Positions 38,562-48,750 of a DNA stretch of 64,000 bases are shown here, in pieces. The position numbers and the translations under genes are program-made. Each line of letters begins with the position of its first letter. Position 1 is the stretch's first letter. The DNA is from a virus (Duplodnaviria > Caudoviricetes). Location: positions 32,001 to 96,000 of the IMG/VR virus record IMGVR_UViG_3300043642_000037; one strand, given 5' to 3'. The notes below the pieces were generated by a model. That model saw nothing but the letters and a program-made list of their open reading frames with translations. It did no database searches and was not told the origin of the DNA.

Positions 38562-38733
38562 GGCCGTCACCGTCCTGTCGCAGGGCGGAGGCCATCCGGC
38601 GAAGCGCCTGCGCGAGGTCCGTGCGCGGCTGCGCGGCGGCTTCCTTGACGGCGGAGCGCTCCTCGCGCCGCCGACGATCCGCCTCGCGAGCGCCGCGGAC
38701 GGCGTCGTCGATCGCGTCGACAATCCTGGTCAT
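38554..38733 (-). CDS. 59-aa head-module protein not in the ORF track
   Basis: MTRIVDAIDDAVRGAREADRRRREERSAVKEAAAQ...; overlaps both neighbours. Confidence 0.6.
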   Translation of the reverse strand: MTRIVDAIDDAVRGAREADRRRREERSAVKEAAAQPRTDLAQALRRMASALRQDGDGHA

Positions 38734-39005
38734 TGCCCCGGCTCCCTGGTCATGCTGTGGAGACCCCTGATGATGCTGGGCGCGGCGAGCCCGGTTGCGA
38801 CGCCGGCGCCGTACCCGACGTTTCGCGCGCGGGCGCGTGCCTCGCGCTCGTGGGCGCGCATCATGAGCGCGATCGGGATGCCGGCCGCGGCGGCGCCCAT
38901 GCCGCCGGCCGCCACCAGCGGGCCCAGGTCCGACGCCGTCCGGACAACGGACAACGCCGCGGCGCGGAGCCGATCAATCACGCACATGTCCGAGTCACCC
39001 GACAT
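38730..39005 (-). CDS. Small protein with two hydrophobic Gly/Ala segments
   Basis: VRTASDLGPLVAAGGMGAAAAGIPIAL...GYGAGVATGLAA. Confidence 0.6.
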   Translation of the reverse strand: MSGDSDMCVIDRLRAAALSVVRTASDLGPLVAAGGMGAAAAGIPIALMMRAHEREARARARNVGYGAGVATGLAAPSIIRGLHSMTREPGQ

Positions 39006-39007
39006 GC

Positions 39008-39607
39008 TCAGCGCGCGGCCTCGATGAGTCGAGCCGTGTCCGCGAAGCCGGCGACGAAGCTGTCGCTGGCCGTCTTGTGGATCCACTGGACGGTGCCGTT
39101 GTGGCCGTACAGCCACGCGGCCTCGGCGAGCTTGGTGAGGTCGATCTTGGTCTGCTCGTAGCCCAGGTCGTGGGCGTCGCGGACGATGTCCGGGTTCGCC
39201 GAGGCGAACTTCTCGAAGTCGTCGACGCCACCCGAGACCGCCGCGGTCTTCACGGCTGGCAGGGTTGTCGCGGTCCTCTGCGCGGCCTCGTCGTACTGGG
39301 CGAGGCGGGCCATGAATCCGTCGCACACCGCGGCGCCGTACAGGTTCGCCTCCTTGATGGTCGCGGCGTGCTCGTCCGCGACGACGCTCGCCGCGAGCTT
39401 GGTGAGGTCGTCGAGCGGCGAGGACTGCCCCGCCGTCTTGGTCGACGCCTCGACCTCGGCGGTCGCTTCCTTGAGGGCCTGCCGAAGCCCGGCCGCCGCG
39501 GCGTCGCTGGGCGACCCCCCGCTCGAAATGGCACGAGGAGACGGAGCCGCGGCGGCCGTCTTCTCGGCCTCGGGCTCCAGTAGCTGAAACGCTTGCGTGA
39601 GCATCAT
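39008..39607 (-). CDS. Scaffold/core-like protein, very K-x-A rich
   Basis: KTA, KEA, KTA, KLA, KEA, KTA, KFA, KLA, KTA in about 200 aa; CCTATCAT upstream. Confidence 0.7.
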   Translation of the reverse strand: MMLTQAFQLLEPEAEKTAAAAPSPRAISSGGSPSDAAAAGLRQALKEATAEVEASTKTAGQSSPLDDLTKLAASVVADEHAATIKEANLYGAAVCDGFMARLAQYDEAAQRTATTLPAVKTAAVSGGVDDFEKFASANPDIVRDAHDLGYEQTKIDLTKLAEAAWLYGHNGTVQWIHKTASDSFVAGFADTARLIEAAR

Positions 39608-39659
39608 GTGCGGTCTCCGTTGCAACGAGATGATAGGGCGGTTGTCGAAAATCCCCAAG

Positions 39660-42527
39660 TCAGCCGATGACGACCGACCCCAGGAAGTCCACCACGTGCT
39701 CGACGTCGAGCACCAGGCCGACTATCGGATCCACGACGGATCCGATCTTCGCACGAGAAATGTCGAGCGCGCCCGACGAGGGCGATCTGCACTCGACCAT
39801 GCTGATCAGCGCGGCCATCTTGGGCGCGGTCTCGGTGACGTCCGGCACGTCCACGCCCTCGGCGGTGCCCCGCGTCGATCCGGGGCGAGGAGACAGCGCG
39901 GCCTGCCCCAGCGCGCCGATGCCGACCGCGAGCGGGGCCCGCGCCTTGCGGAGCCACGGATAGGCCGTCAGCATCTTGTAGCTTCCCAGCATGAGCGCCG
40001 TGCCTCCCAGCACCTTGCGCATGTGGGCGCGCGTGACCGCGTCCTGCGCCTCGAGAGCCGCCCCCCTGGTGGTGACCTCGTTCCCCGCGTGAAGGAGGTC
40101 CGTGGTCGGCGCGGCGTCGGGGCGCAGACCCGCCCCCTCGGGCACGAGGCGCCGGTACAGCATGTCGCCGGCGTAGGCGCGCTTCTCGCGGATCCTGGCG
40201 AGGGCGGACGCCAGGGCGGCGTCGACGTTGGACGCCTCGCCGAGCTTGCACTCGTCGAGCACGTGGTCGAGCAGCGACGGCGACTCGGAGAAAAGCTCCA
40301 GCGCCGCGTCAGCTGCGGCCGCGAGGCGGACCAGAACGTCGTGGGCGACCCTGGTCGGCCGGCCGGTCAGCTGGCTGATGGCCGCCTCGGCGAACTCCGC
40401 GTCCTTGAGGACCACGCCGGCTCGATCCGCGGTCGTGACGACGCCGCGGAGACCCACGCCGGGTGACAGCGCCGCGGCCTGCACGACGCGAGACGGCAAC
40501 CCCGGTGATCCCGACAGCCGGTCGCCCGCGTAGTCGCGAAACCGAACCGCGAGGTCCCTCTCGCCACGCGAAACGGTCGAGATCGCGATCGGCTCGCCGC
40601 GGATCACCTTGCTCATCTCCGACAGCTTTCGCGCCGCGGCCGTCTTCCGCGCCGCCGCGTCCGCCTCGACGCCGAGATCCGCCGCCAGGCGACCCCCGGC
40701 GTCCGCGACCTTCTTGAGCGTGTAGCCGATGCGGTCGGCCGGACGAAACACGCGGCTGATGTCGAAGAAGTCGGAGTCGGGGTTGTAGACGAAGTTCTTC
40801 GTGCCGTCGGGGTTGACCTGGTTCATCGCCAGCGCATGCTTGCAGTACTCGGCGCGGGACGGGGCCTTGTTGCCACACCGGGAGCACACGTCGTATTTGA
40901 TCTTGCAATTGTGAACAGCGAGGCCCTCGATGAGATAGCTCTCGTCTTCCTCAACTTCGAGATTGAACACTTGCGTCTCTGCGTACTGCGTTTCGATTTC
41001 CCGTATCGGAACGCAAACATAGTCTCCAACGATCTTTCTACTTTCCTTGCGGGCCAAGACCTCCCTTGCCTCGACCTTTGCGCAGGTAGTTTTCAGCTTA
41101 TATGCCCACTGTACACCGATGTGGATGACCCATTCAAACGTGTCTTCCGTGCTGAATCCGCTGCCAGCTTTGTGTGTCAGCTGATTGCAGGACGCGAGGA
41201 TTCCAAGCCGAAGAAGCATGTGACGCCACTGAGACGCTAAGTCACTCGAAGCGGTCGATACCTTCAACCAGCCGTCCCTACCGCAACCATCTCCGTTCGC
41301 GTACGCACCAAACAGCTCGCGCTGCATTTCAGGCGGCCAGTGCATTACGGCCTTCGATAATTTCTTTTGGCGGGCTGATACGCCTCCGTGCGTGAGGCAA
41401 AGCGCGGCTAGCTTGTCATCGCAAATCATGATTCCGCGCGCTGATTCACAATTCGCACGAACATACGTCCATGGTGCGTTTCGCGTTCCGAACTCCGCGC
41501 AGAGTTGACAAATTTCCGTGTGGATTGCGTCAGACTGATTCGTGGTCAGTTCGATGCCGTAAGGCGATCCTTCTCGCCAAATGATGTGACCTTCCGCCAC
41601 GTAATAGCCGAGCAGTCGAGCGAACGTACGGGACAGCTCAGGGGTTGTCGCTTCCGTTCGATCAATCGGAGCCAGCAGGAGTTGCGATTCCAGGCATGAT
41701 GCGTGCGTCCATTCACCTTCGACGCGAGCGTCTGGCCGCCAGCGTACGTTGCCTTTGGCTCGTTCTTTTTCTTTTACGGAGCCCCACGCGGTCGTCCAAA
41801 ATGGATGTTCGTCCGTTGCGTAGATGGTCGCGTGCGCTTCGCCGCGGATGGCGTGGATGTTTCCACGGTAAGGACGTTTGTGAGTGCTTGAGACGCGACG
41901 CGCTCTGCCTCGATGTGTAATGACCTCGTCGCCTTCGATGATCTCTTCGATGGCTTTTTGCGTCCCGTCAGCCAGGGTGACTCGGGCACCTGCCAAGAAG
42001 CAGCCCATCGACACTGCCGGGAACTCGCCCTGCTCGACGCGGTCCACCCACTCCGCGTCCTTTTCGTTGTCGATGACCGTCAGCAGCTCCACGCGGTGCA
42101 TGCGCGGGTTCCAGAACGCGCGTTTGACGTAGCCCGACGCCTTGGCAGGATCCTTGTTCTGGTGGTGCTTGAACGTGTGCGCCGGGTTGGTCTCGAACGT
42201 CCGATAGGTCTGGGTCAGCTCCTGGCCCGGGGCGACCCACCAGCGCTCGCCGCGAGCCGTGGCCTCCTTGCCGCGGGCGGGGACCGGATACTCCGAGAAG
42301 CCGTCACCGTTGCGGTTGGGCCCGTAGGTCTCCTCCGCGCCCATGGCGAGGAGCAGCAGGTGGGTCTTTCCGGGCTCCGGGCTGACGTTCTTGATGTAGT
42401 CGAGCGCGTCGGACGCGTGCTTGGTCACCCTGCCGACGTCGAACCGCCCTCCTCGCAGGGGCAGCACGAGCTGGAGGGTCAGCTCTCCCGTCGGAAACGT
42501 GTCCGCGAACTCGATGATCTTCTTCAC
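39660..42527 (-). CDS. Prohead maturation protease (intein-containing)
   Basis: NRNGDGF, HHQNKD, AVSMG|C, FFDISRVFRPAD fit an HK97/T4-like prohead serine protease. Confidence 0.8.
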   Translation of the reverse strand: MKKIIEFADTFPTGELTLQLVLPLRGGRFDVGRVTKHASDALDYIKNVSPEPGKTHLLLLAMGAEETYGPNRNGDGFSEYPVPARGKEATARGERWWVAPGQELTQTYRTFETNPAHTFKHHQNKDPAKASGYVKRAFWNPRMHRVELLTVIDNEKDAEWVDRVEQGEFPAVSMGCFLAGARVTLADGTQKAIEEIIEGDEVITHRGRARRVSSTHKRPYRGNIHAIRGEAHATIYATDEHPFWTTAWGSVKEKERAKGNVRWRPDARVEGEWTHASCLESQLLLAPIDRTEATTPELSRTFARLLGYYVAEGHIIWREGSPYGIELTTNQSDAIHTEICQLCAEFGTRNAPWTYVRANCESARGIMICDDKLAALCLTHGGVSARQKKLSKAVMHWPPEMQRELFGAYANGDGCGRDGWLKVSTASSDLASQWRHMLLRLGILASCNQLTHKAGSGFSTEDTFEWVIHIGVQWAYKLKTTCAKVEAREVLARKESRKIVGDYVCVPIREIETQYAETQVFNLEVEEDESYLIEGLAVHNCKIKYDVCSRCGNKAPSRAEYCKHALAMNQVNPDGTKNFVYNPDSDFFDISRVFRPADRIGYTLKKVADAGGRLAADLGVEADAAARKTAAARKLSEMSKVIRGEPIAISTVSRGERDLAVRFRDYAGDRLSGSPGLPSRVVQAAALSPGVGLRGVVTTADRAGVVLKDAEFAEAAISQLTGRPTRVAHDVLVRLAAAADAALELFSESPSLLDHVLDECKLGEASNVDAALASALARIREKRAYAGDMLYRRLVPEGAGLRPDAAPTTDLLHAGNEVTTRGAALEAQDAVTRAHMRKVLGGTALMLGSYKMLTAYPWLRKARAPLAVGIGALGQAALSPRPGSTRGTAEGVDVPDVTETAPKMAALISMVECRSPSSGALDISRAKIGSVVDPIVGLVLDVEHVVDFLGSVVIG
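40908..42002 (-). mobile_element. Intein with LAGLIDADG homing endonuclease (365 aa)
   Basis: Starts CFLAGARVTLADG; TDEHPF block B; LLGYYVAEG and LFGAYANGDG; ends LAVHN before C; AT-richer than flanks. Confidence 0.93.
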
Positions 42528-43066
42528 GGAAGGATTCCCCGCACCGCGCGCATCGCGTCGAGCCTGTGCCCGATGAGGTGCACCAGCGCGGCGTGCTTAT
42601 CCGCGGCGGCGCCCGATCGGCAGGCGTCCTCGAGCAGGTCGTCGACGCGCAGGTCGGCGGCTAGCCGCTGCATCGGGTCGACCGGTCCCTGATCCGGCTG
42701 CGCGCGAGAGCGAACCGCCGACTGCAGCATGCCGCCCAGTGATTGCATGCCGCCGACGCCGGCCGCGGTCAGCAGCGCCTGGTTTCGGGCGTCGCGGACC
42801 AGGTCCTTGGCGTGCGAGTGCGCGTCCGAGATCAGGGCGTGCCCCACTCCGAGCGCCGGAAGCCCGAGACCGAGGCCCCACGCCAGCGGGCGCTTGGCCA
42901 GGGACAGCGTCTCCTCCAGGCCGGCGGTCTTGACGCTGGCGTACGCCCCGAAGTCGAACACGGCCTGCCTCTCGCGCAGCTCAGCCGCGCGGGGATCGCC
43001 GTGTCTCAGCGCGGCCCGCTTCTCGGCGAGCGCGGCGGACGCGCGTATGACGTCGGCGAGGTTCAC
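42524..43066 (-). CDS. Head-module protein with hydrophobic segments
   Basis: KRA, KTA, KHA; WGLGLGLPALGVG. Confidence 0.65.
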   Translation of the reverse strand: MNLADVIRASAALAEKRAALRHGDPRAAELRERQAVFDFGAYASVKTAGLEETLSLAKRPLAWGLGLGLPALGVGHALISDAHSHAKDLVRDARNQALLTAAGVGGMQSLGGMLQSAVRSRAQPDQGPVDPMQRLAADLRVDDLLEDACRSGAAADKHAALVHLIGHRLDAMRAVRGILP

Positions 43067-43069
43067 GCG

Positions 43070-43342
43070 TCACGCGTCCCGCGCGGGCGACACCGAGTCG
43101 CGGATCCGACGCTCGCCCTCCGCGGACAGGCGCTCGCCGCTCGCAGCTGCCAGCGACAGGATGCCGCCGGCGACGAGCCTCGCGGTCTTCCTTCGGACGA
43201 ACGATCGCGCGCCGATGAGACCCGCCACCTTTCCCGGGTGAAGCTCGCCCACGCCCGCGATCTCGCCGACGATACGATGCAGGCCCGCGGCCTTGACGAT
43301 CGCGACTGTTTCGGGCCTCAGGAGGTTGTCGAGAGTGGCCAT
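43070..43342 (-). CDS. Small head-module protein
   Basis: KAA, KVA, KTA. Confidence 0.6.
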   Translation of the reverse strand: MATLDNLLRPETVAIVKAAGLHRIVGEIAGVGELHPGKVAGLIGARSFVRRKTARLVAGGILSLAAASGERLSAEGERRIRDSVSPARDA

Positions 43343-43344
43343 CG

Positions 43345-44181
43345 CTACTTGTCCTTTCCGCCGCCGGTAACCGAGCGCTCGGAGTCCGCGATCAACTTGA
43401 TCGACATGTAGTCCGGCCCAGACCCCGACATCACCGCCTGTCGGAGGAACGAGCGGACCGCGTTCTTGTCGGTGGATAGGGTCGGCGCGAATCGAGCCAT
43501 CGTATGGTAGGCCTCCATCAGCGTCCTGTCGTCGGCGGCGGACAGAACCGGGTCGCTCTGCTTGAGGTCGCCCAGGATCGCGTGGCGCGCGGACTCGTCG
43601 CCGGCGCGGCTGACCGACTCCATGGCCTTGTTCGCGATGTCCCGGAGGAGGTTCGCGCCCGTGGTGCCCATCTCCTTGCCGAACGCGGATATCGCGGCCG
43701 ACCCGCCCATGTGCATGGGGTCCTTGCGCTCGCCGAACTCCCGGCCGAGGAGCATGCGCTTGATCGACTCTCCGATGCCCCCGCTGATCCCGGAGGCCAC
43801 GCCCTGAAGCGGCGCCGCGCCAACCTGGCTCAGCCCTCCCATCAGGCCGGATGGCTTGCCTGAGTGCATGCCTTGGCCCAGCATCTGGTCCCCGACGTTG
43901 CCCGCGAACTCCCCGATCGCACTGCCGGCACGCCTCACGGGCCCGTTGGAGGACATGGCCTGCGTGAAGGGCAGCGCGAACTGCGGAGGCAGCGCCGCGA
44001 CCTTGGACCCTGCCGCGCGATCCAGCGCCTTCTCGGTGCCCGACGCCCGGTGCACCGCCTTCTCCGCGATTCCCGGCAGCATGGCGCCGACCGCGAGGGG
44101 GAGAACGACGCCGGCCCGCTTCCGGACGAAGCGGTCCGCGCCGTGACGAGCGACCATGCCGACGATGTCTTTCAGCTGCAC
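43345..44181 (-). CDS. Head-module protein, Gly-rich
   Basis: KRA, KVA; C-terminal helical domain YHTMARFAPTL. Confidence 0.65.
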   Translation of the reverse strand: MQLKDIVGMVARHGADRFVRKRAGVVLPLAVGAMLPGIAEKAVHRASGTEKALDRAAGSKVAALPPQFALPFTQAMSSNGPVRRAGSAIGEFAGNVGDQMLGQGMHSGKPSGLMGGLSQVGAAPLQGVASGISGGIGESIKRMLLGREFGERKDPMHMGGSAAISAFGKEMGTTGANLLRDIANKAMESVSRAGDESARHAILGDLKQSDPVLSAADDRTLMEAYHTMARFAPTLSTDKNAVRSFLRQAVMSGSGPDYMSIKLIADSERSVTGGGKDK

Positions 44182-45038
44182 AGGGACCTCACGTGTGTCG
44201 CGGCGTCGCGGACTCGCGCGGCCTGACGGGCCACCTTGACGAGCGCGCAGAACTCGCGAAGCGGTGGGGTGTCGTCGACGACGTGGCGGTCTCTGAGCTG
44301 GGCCGTCTTCTCGAGAGCCTCGCGCCCGCGCAGAGGGAGCCCGCGCTCGCGTCGCATGAGGTTGATGACGGCGAGCCCGTGTGAGTCGCCCTCGACGGAC
44401 ATCGCGTCCTTCTCGAAGTCTTCGAAGCGAGGAGCCCCGTGCGCGAGCTTGAACAGCCGCGCCAGACGGCCGTAGCCGTCGTCGAATGCCATCTCGGCTT
44501 CGACCAGCTGGTCGTCGAACACCGTCGCCAGCTTGGCCAGGCGATGACCCTTGACCATCGCCTCCTTCTGCGTGTCCTTGTCGCGGGCCCTGGCCGGCGG
44601 CTTGTCGCCGGCTTTCGGCTCGCCGGAGGGTCCGCTGCGCCCCAGGATCGCCTCGCCCTCCCCGACGGGCTGCTTGCGCAGCGAACCCATCTCATCCGGA
44701 AGCGGCGCGTCGTCCCCGTCCGGCGGGGACGGCGCCGACGGCTCGGCGCCGTCGAGCTGCGGGCCCGAGTCGATGATGGACTTGATGACGGATCGGGTCT
44801 CGAGCGGCTCGAACTCGTGGGTCATGTCCCGCTGACCGTCGGCCTTGCGCGCCTCCATCATGCGCAGGAACGCCATCGTGTTGGCCGCCTGAACGAGGCG
44901 CTCGATCTGGTCGGCGTTGAGCTGGCCGTGAACGGCTTCCTCGACGGCCGCGTCGGCCATCTTGACCCCGCGCGCGAGGAATCCGTCGACAACGCGGCCA
45001 GCCATCTCGTCGTAGTCTTGTTCCCTGAGAGCCCGCAT
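44172..45038 (-). CDS. Head-module protein
   Basis: LNADQIERLVQAANT; several K-x-A sites. Confidence 0.7.
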   Translation of the reverse strand: MRALREQDYDEMAGRVVDGFLARGVKMADAAVEEAVHGQLNADQIERLVQAANTMAFLRMMEARKADGQRDMTHEFEPLETRSVIKSIIDSGPQLDGAEPSAPSPPDGDDAPLPDEMGSLRKQPVGEGEAILGRSGPSGEPKAGDKPPARARDKDTQKEAMVKGHRLAKLATVFDDQLVEAEMAFDDGYGRLARLFKLAHGAPRFEDFEKDAMSVEGDSHGLAVINLMRRERGLPLRGREALEKTAQLRDRHVVDDTPPLREFCALVKVARQAARVRDAATHVRSLCS

Positions 45039-45706
45039 CAGTGGAGAACCTCCGCCGTCTTGTCGACGAATTCAATCGAGGACGTCATCTCTCGATGTTT
45101 GATTTTGAGCGCGACGCTCTCGGTCATCGGCGCCCGCTTGGCGAGAACGGCGGCCTGCGCGACCGCCATCTGCTGGTGCTTGAGGGCCTCGCGCGCCACG
45201 CCGCTGTCCAGTCCGGCCTCGCGCCCCATCAACGCCTTGAAGTGCCCGTCGACCATGGCCTGCGTCTGGACGACTCCCGGGTCGATGATGACCGGCAGGC
45301 CCGACAGGTACGCGACCGCCTCGACGCCGTACATGACAGCCCAGCGAACGTACTGCGTTGATCCCACGACCGCGTCGGGCGCCTCGCTCGCCTCGCGCAC
45401 CCACTCGACCAGGTCGATGTGGTCCCGGAACACCGCGACGTCGAAGAACAGGTGACGGAAGGCCCTGATGACGTCGAAGGACAGTCGCGTCCGTCGGCTG
45501 ATCTCCTCATCGTTCGAGGTCGCGAGCAGCCACCCGCGCATGCAATCGCACGCCTTGCCCGCGCTCAGCTCGAGAGCCCTGACCACCGACTCGTCGGCTG
45601 GCTGACCCCTGCGGGACAACCACAGCGCCCGCTCGAAAGGATGCTCCGGCTGGTCGCGGGACGCGATCGCGGCAATCGCTCGATGGTCGGGGTTACGGCG
45701 TGGCAT
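45038..45706 (-). CDS. Hypothetical protein
   Basis: MPRRNPDH...FRHLFFDV; overlaps neighbours. Confidence 0.65.
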   Translation of the reverse strand: MPRRNPDHRAIAAIASRDQPEHPFERALWLSRRGQPADESVVRALELSAGKACDCMRGWLLATSNDEEISRRTRLSFDVIRAFRHLFFDVAVFRDHIDLVEWVREASEAPDAVVGSTQYVRWAVMYGVEAVAYLSGLPVIIDPGVVQTQAMVDGHFKALMGREAGLDSGVAREALKHQQMAVAQAAVLAKRAPMTESVALKIKHREMTSSIEFVDKTAEVLH

Positions 45707-48536
45707 AGCCCTCAGGGTCCTTCGCGCCCTGAACGCCACGCGCCAGACGAAGCACGATGTCCCCCAGGCTCTTGAACGTGGAGCCCAAGCTCTGCTCGAG
45801 AGCGTCGAACACCGACTCGCCCACGCGCTCCTTGAGATCCGACTCCTGCATCCACAACGTGAGCTGGACACGCGCGAGATTGTCGACCGCCTTCTCGAGG
45901 TTCGGCAGGTGCTGGCCGACAACCGCGTGAAGCTCCGGCGACTGCACGAGCGTCGCGACGGCGGCGACGTCGAAGATGTCCGGAGGCAGCGCGCTCGCCT
46001 GCTGAAGGAACTGCGGGTTGACCTCCGCGTCCAGCGCGTGCCCGTTGGGGCCGTCGACAGGCATCAAAGCGCCGGGCGCGGGGCCTTGTCCGCCCATCGG
46101 ACCCATGCCGGAAGCGCCCATGCCCTGATCACCCATCGGGTCGCTCATCGGGTCCGCGCCCATGGGCGGCATACCCGGATCTCCACCCATCGAAGCCGGA
46201 TCCATCGGTCCAGCACCCATGCCCGGAGCGCCGCCCATCGGGTCTGCGCCCATGCCTGGAGCGCCGCCCATCGAAGCCGGATCCATCGGTCCGGCACCCA
46301 TGCCTGGAGCACCACCCATCGGATCGCCGCCGGGCGCCCCCGGCATCCCGGGGTTCATCGGCTGGCCCGTGGCGAGGTTCGCCGATGACGGCGGCGCACC
46401 CATCATCTGGGTCTGCGTCGAGGCCGACATCGGTGCTCCACCCGCGATCTCGTGCGAGCGCTGGACAAGCGTGGCGAGCATCTGCTGCTTGTCCTGGAGC
46501 TTCTGCATCTCGGCTTGGATCGCCTGGTCCATCTCCATCGCCGCCAGCTCGACGGGCGACGGAGGGGGTGGGGCCGGAGGCGGACCCATCACGGCCTGTG
46601 CCGCGCCGGCGGCCAGGTCGGGTTCGGGGGCGGGTTCTGCGGAGGCGGGCGGCTTCCGCTTCTTTCCGCCGCCGCGGTCGCCGCTCTTGTCGCCGCCCTT
46701 GTCGCCGCCCTTGTCGTCGTCAGCAGCCAGCTTGTCGACGGCCATCTGCGCGCGCGCGACCTGCTCGGTCGACACGACCCACGCGCGGGCCGAGCCGTCT
46801 CGCGTCGCCTGGTCGAGCAGCATGCCGGCGGCCGCGACCTTGATTCCGTAGTCGGCCGCGACCTTGCGGAGAGCCTGCACGCGACCGACACCGGGACGGC
46901 CGTCGACGGAGAACTGCCGAGCCCCCGCGTCTTTGATCGACACCTTTCGCGCTCCGACCGCGGCGAGCGACGACGACACGCATCGCGCCAGGTCGTGCGC
47001 CGACTGGAACCACGCCCTCTCGTCGAGGCGCTCCCGCAACGGAATCCATATGAAGTCAGGCGGGATGTACACCACGTCCGCGCCCTTCGGCATCACGATT
47101 CCGCCGAGCGGGCTGCGCGGGTCCGTGACCAGCGTTTTTTCCTCGGTGAATCCGCGCACCGCGGTGACCCGCATGCGGCGAACGCCGTCGGCGCCGGTGG
47201 TGACCGACTTGATGTCGAGCGGGATGGTGGCCTGGAACGTCGAGCCCTTCTGGCGCACGAACAGGCCCTTGCCCGCGCGCGGCTGACCGTCGACGTCCTT
47301 GAACAAGCGCTTGTGCAGCGGGCCGGACAGCTCGTCCGCGACCGAGTCGCGACCGACCAGGCGATCCGGCTCGATGTAGTCCCCGTCGCCGAACACGGCC
47401 ACGTACTTCGAGACGTTCCACCGCCTGCGCGTGACGTAGTCGGTCTCGTCGGGCCTGCCCATCGGGTAGACCTTGTTGGCGCTGCGTCCGACGCCGCCGG
47501 GGCGACGCTCGTTGAGCAGGGGGTTGTGGCCCGCGACGGCAGGACGTCGCCCGTACTGCGTTCCCTCCCCGAGGACGTCGATCGGGTCGGAGACAACGAG
47601 CGCCGGACGCTCCTTGCCCGTGGACTCGTAGAGAACGTACACACCCGGCTGGTTCGGCTCGATCCAGCGCTCGTAGGGCTGGACCTGCACGGTCAGGTTG
47701 TGGGACGCGCGGTCGTCGCGAACCGCGTAGCCCTCGCGACGAACCCCGGCGTACGCCTCGCCCGCCTTGTCGCCGAACATGCGATGGAACTCCGACGGGG
47801 TGGTGTCCTTGTCGGCGATCCACAGCGCGCCGCCGAAGCTCTGCTTGGCGGCGACTTTCTCGAGGCCGGGGCGCAAGGCGTGCGACAGCTCCGACATGCC
47901 GTACGCGGCCGCGGCTGCCTTCAGGATGCGAGGATTGTGCGCGAGCACGTGTTGAAAGGCCGACTTGACGCGGTTGGACGCGGACCGCAGAAGAGGCAAA
48001 AGCAACTCGGGCTGCTTGTCGTCGCCCTCCTTGGTCAGGTTACTCGGCGACATGACCTGCTCGAGGTCCAGCATGGCTGACGCGTAGGAGAACCTGCCCG
48101 TGATGGGCGGCACCACGATGTTCCGTATGTCGACGTCCGTGTACAGCGTCTCGGGCGTCTTCACGCCGGTTCCCAGCGACGCCAGCCCGGCCTTGGCTAG
48201 CTCGTCCAGCCACCCCTTGTTGAGGGGGAGGAACATGTTGAGTGCCTTGTGGTACATGATGTCCAGCGGCTTGATCGCGCTGTTGGACATCACGACGGGG
48301 ACGTACAGCGACTGGCCGTGGCGCGAGACTACGAAGGCGCCCACGCCGTAGCCCTTGTCGACGTCGGTCGACAGGACCTTGAAGGTCACCACGTCCGGGA
48401 CCAGGTCCGGGACCCTCTGCGTGAGCAGCTGGTACGCCATCTCGCTCAGTCCGGACTCGAACAAGCTGGTGGCCTGGTCGGGACTTTGGCCCGTTCCTCC
48501 TTGGAGTTGCTGCATGCGCGGGCTGAGCGGGGGCAT
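45693..48536 (-). CDS. Large head-module protein with an M/G/P-rich repeat region
   Basis: 947 aa; GAPGMGAGPMDPASMG repeats (~46130-46360); several K-x-A sites. Confidence 0.75.
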   Translation of the reverse strand: MPPLSPRMQQLQGGTGQSPDQATSLFESGLSEMAYQLLTQRVPDLVPDVVTFKVLSTDVDKGYGVGAFVVSRHGQSLYVPVVMSNSAIKPLDIMYHKALNMFLPLNKGWLDELAKAGLASLGTGVKTPETLYTDVDIRNIVVPPITGRFSYASAMLDLEQVMSPSNLTKEGDDKQPELLLPLLRSASNRVKSAFQHVLAHNPRILKAAAAAYGMSELSHALRPGLEKVAAKQSFGGALWIADKDTTPSEFHRMFGDKAGEAYAGVRREGYAVRDDRASHNLTVQVQPYERWIEPNQPGVYVLYESTGKERPALVVSDPIDVLGEGTQYGRRPAVAGHNPLLNERRPGGVGRSANKVYPMGRPDETDYVTRRRWNVSKYVAVFGDGDYIEPDRLVGRDSVADELSGPLHKRLFKDVDGQPRAGKGLFVRQKGSTFQATIPLDIKSVTTGADGVRRMRVTAVRGFTEEKTLVTDPRSPLGGIVMPKGADVVYIPPDFIWIPLRERLDERAWFQSAHDLARCVSSSLAAVGARKVSIKDAGARQFSVDGRPGVGRVQALRKVAADYGIKVAAAGMLLDQATRDGSARAWVVSTEQVARAQMAVDKLAADDDKGGDKGGDKSGDRGGGKKRKPPASAEPAPEPDLAAGAAQAVMGPPPAPPPPSPVELAAMEMDQAIQAEMQKLQDKQQMLATLVQRSHEIAGGAPMSASTQTQMMGAPPSSANLATGQPMNPGMPGAPGGDPMGGAPGMGAGPMDPASMGGAPGMGADPMGGAPGMGAGPMDPASMGGDPGMPPMGADPMSDPMGDQGMGASGMGPMGGQGPAPGALMPVDGPNGHALDAEVNPQFLQQASALPPDIFDVAAVATLVQSPELHAVVGQHLPNLEKAVDNLARVQLTLWMQESDLKERVGESVFDALEQSLGSTFKSLGDIVLRLARGVQGAKDPEGYATP

Positions 48537-48546
48537 TGGTTCCTTG

Positions 48547-48747
48547 CTACGTGGCGGGAAAGCTCACAACTTTTGGGATGTTCGCATCGGGAATGGCTCT
48601 TGCCTTCTCGACCTCGACGACCTTCTTGGCGTGCTCATGTCCCAGCGTGTGCGTTGCGATCTCGGCGCTCGGCCTCCGGTGATGGTCGTGTGCGAGATGA
48701 TGTTCGATCTGCCGGAGGCCCTCGTGACGGACGTGTCGCGGCAGCAC
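48547..48747 (-). CDS. Small His-rich protein
   Basis: 66-aa ORF filling the gap between two genes. Confidence 0.5.
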   Translation of the reverse strand: MLPRHVRHEGLRQIEHHLAHDHHRRPSAEIATHTLGHEHAKKVVEVEKARAIPDANIPKVVSFPAT

Positions 48748-48750
48748 GGA

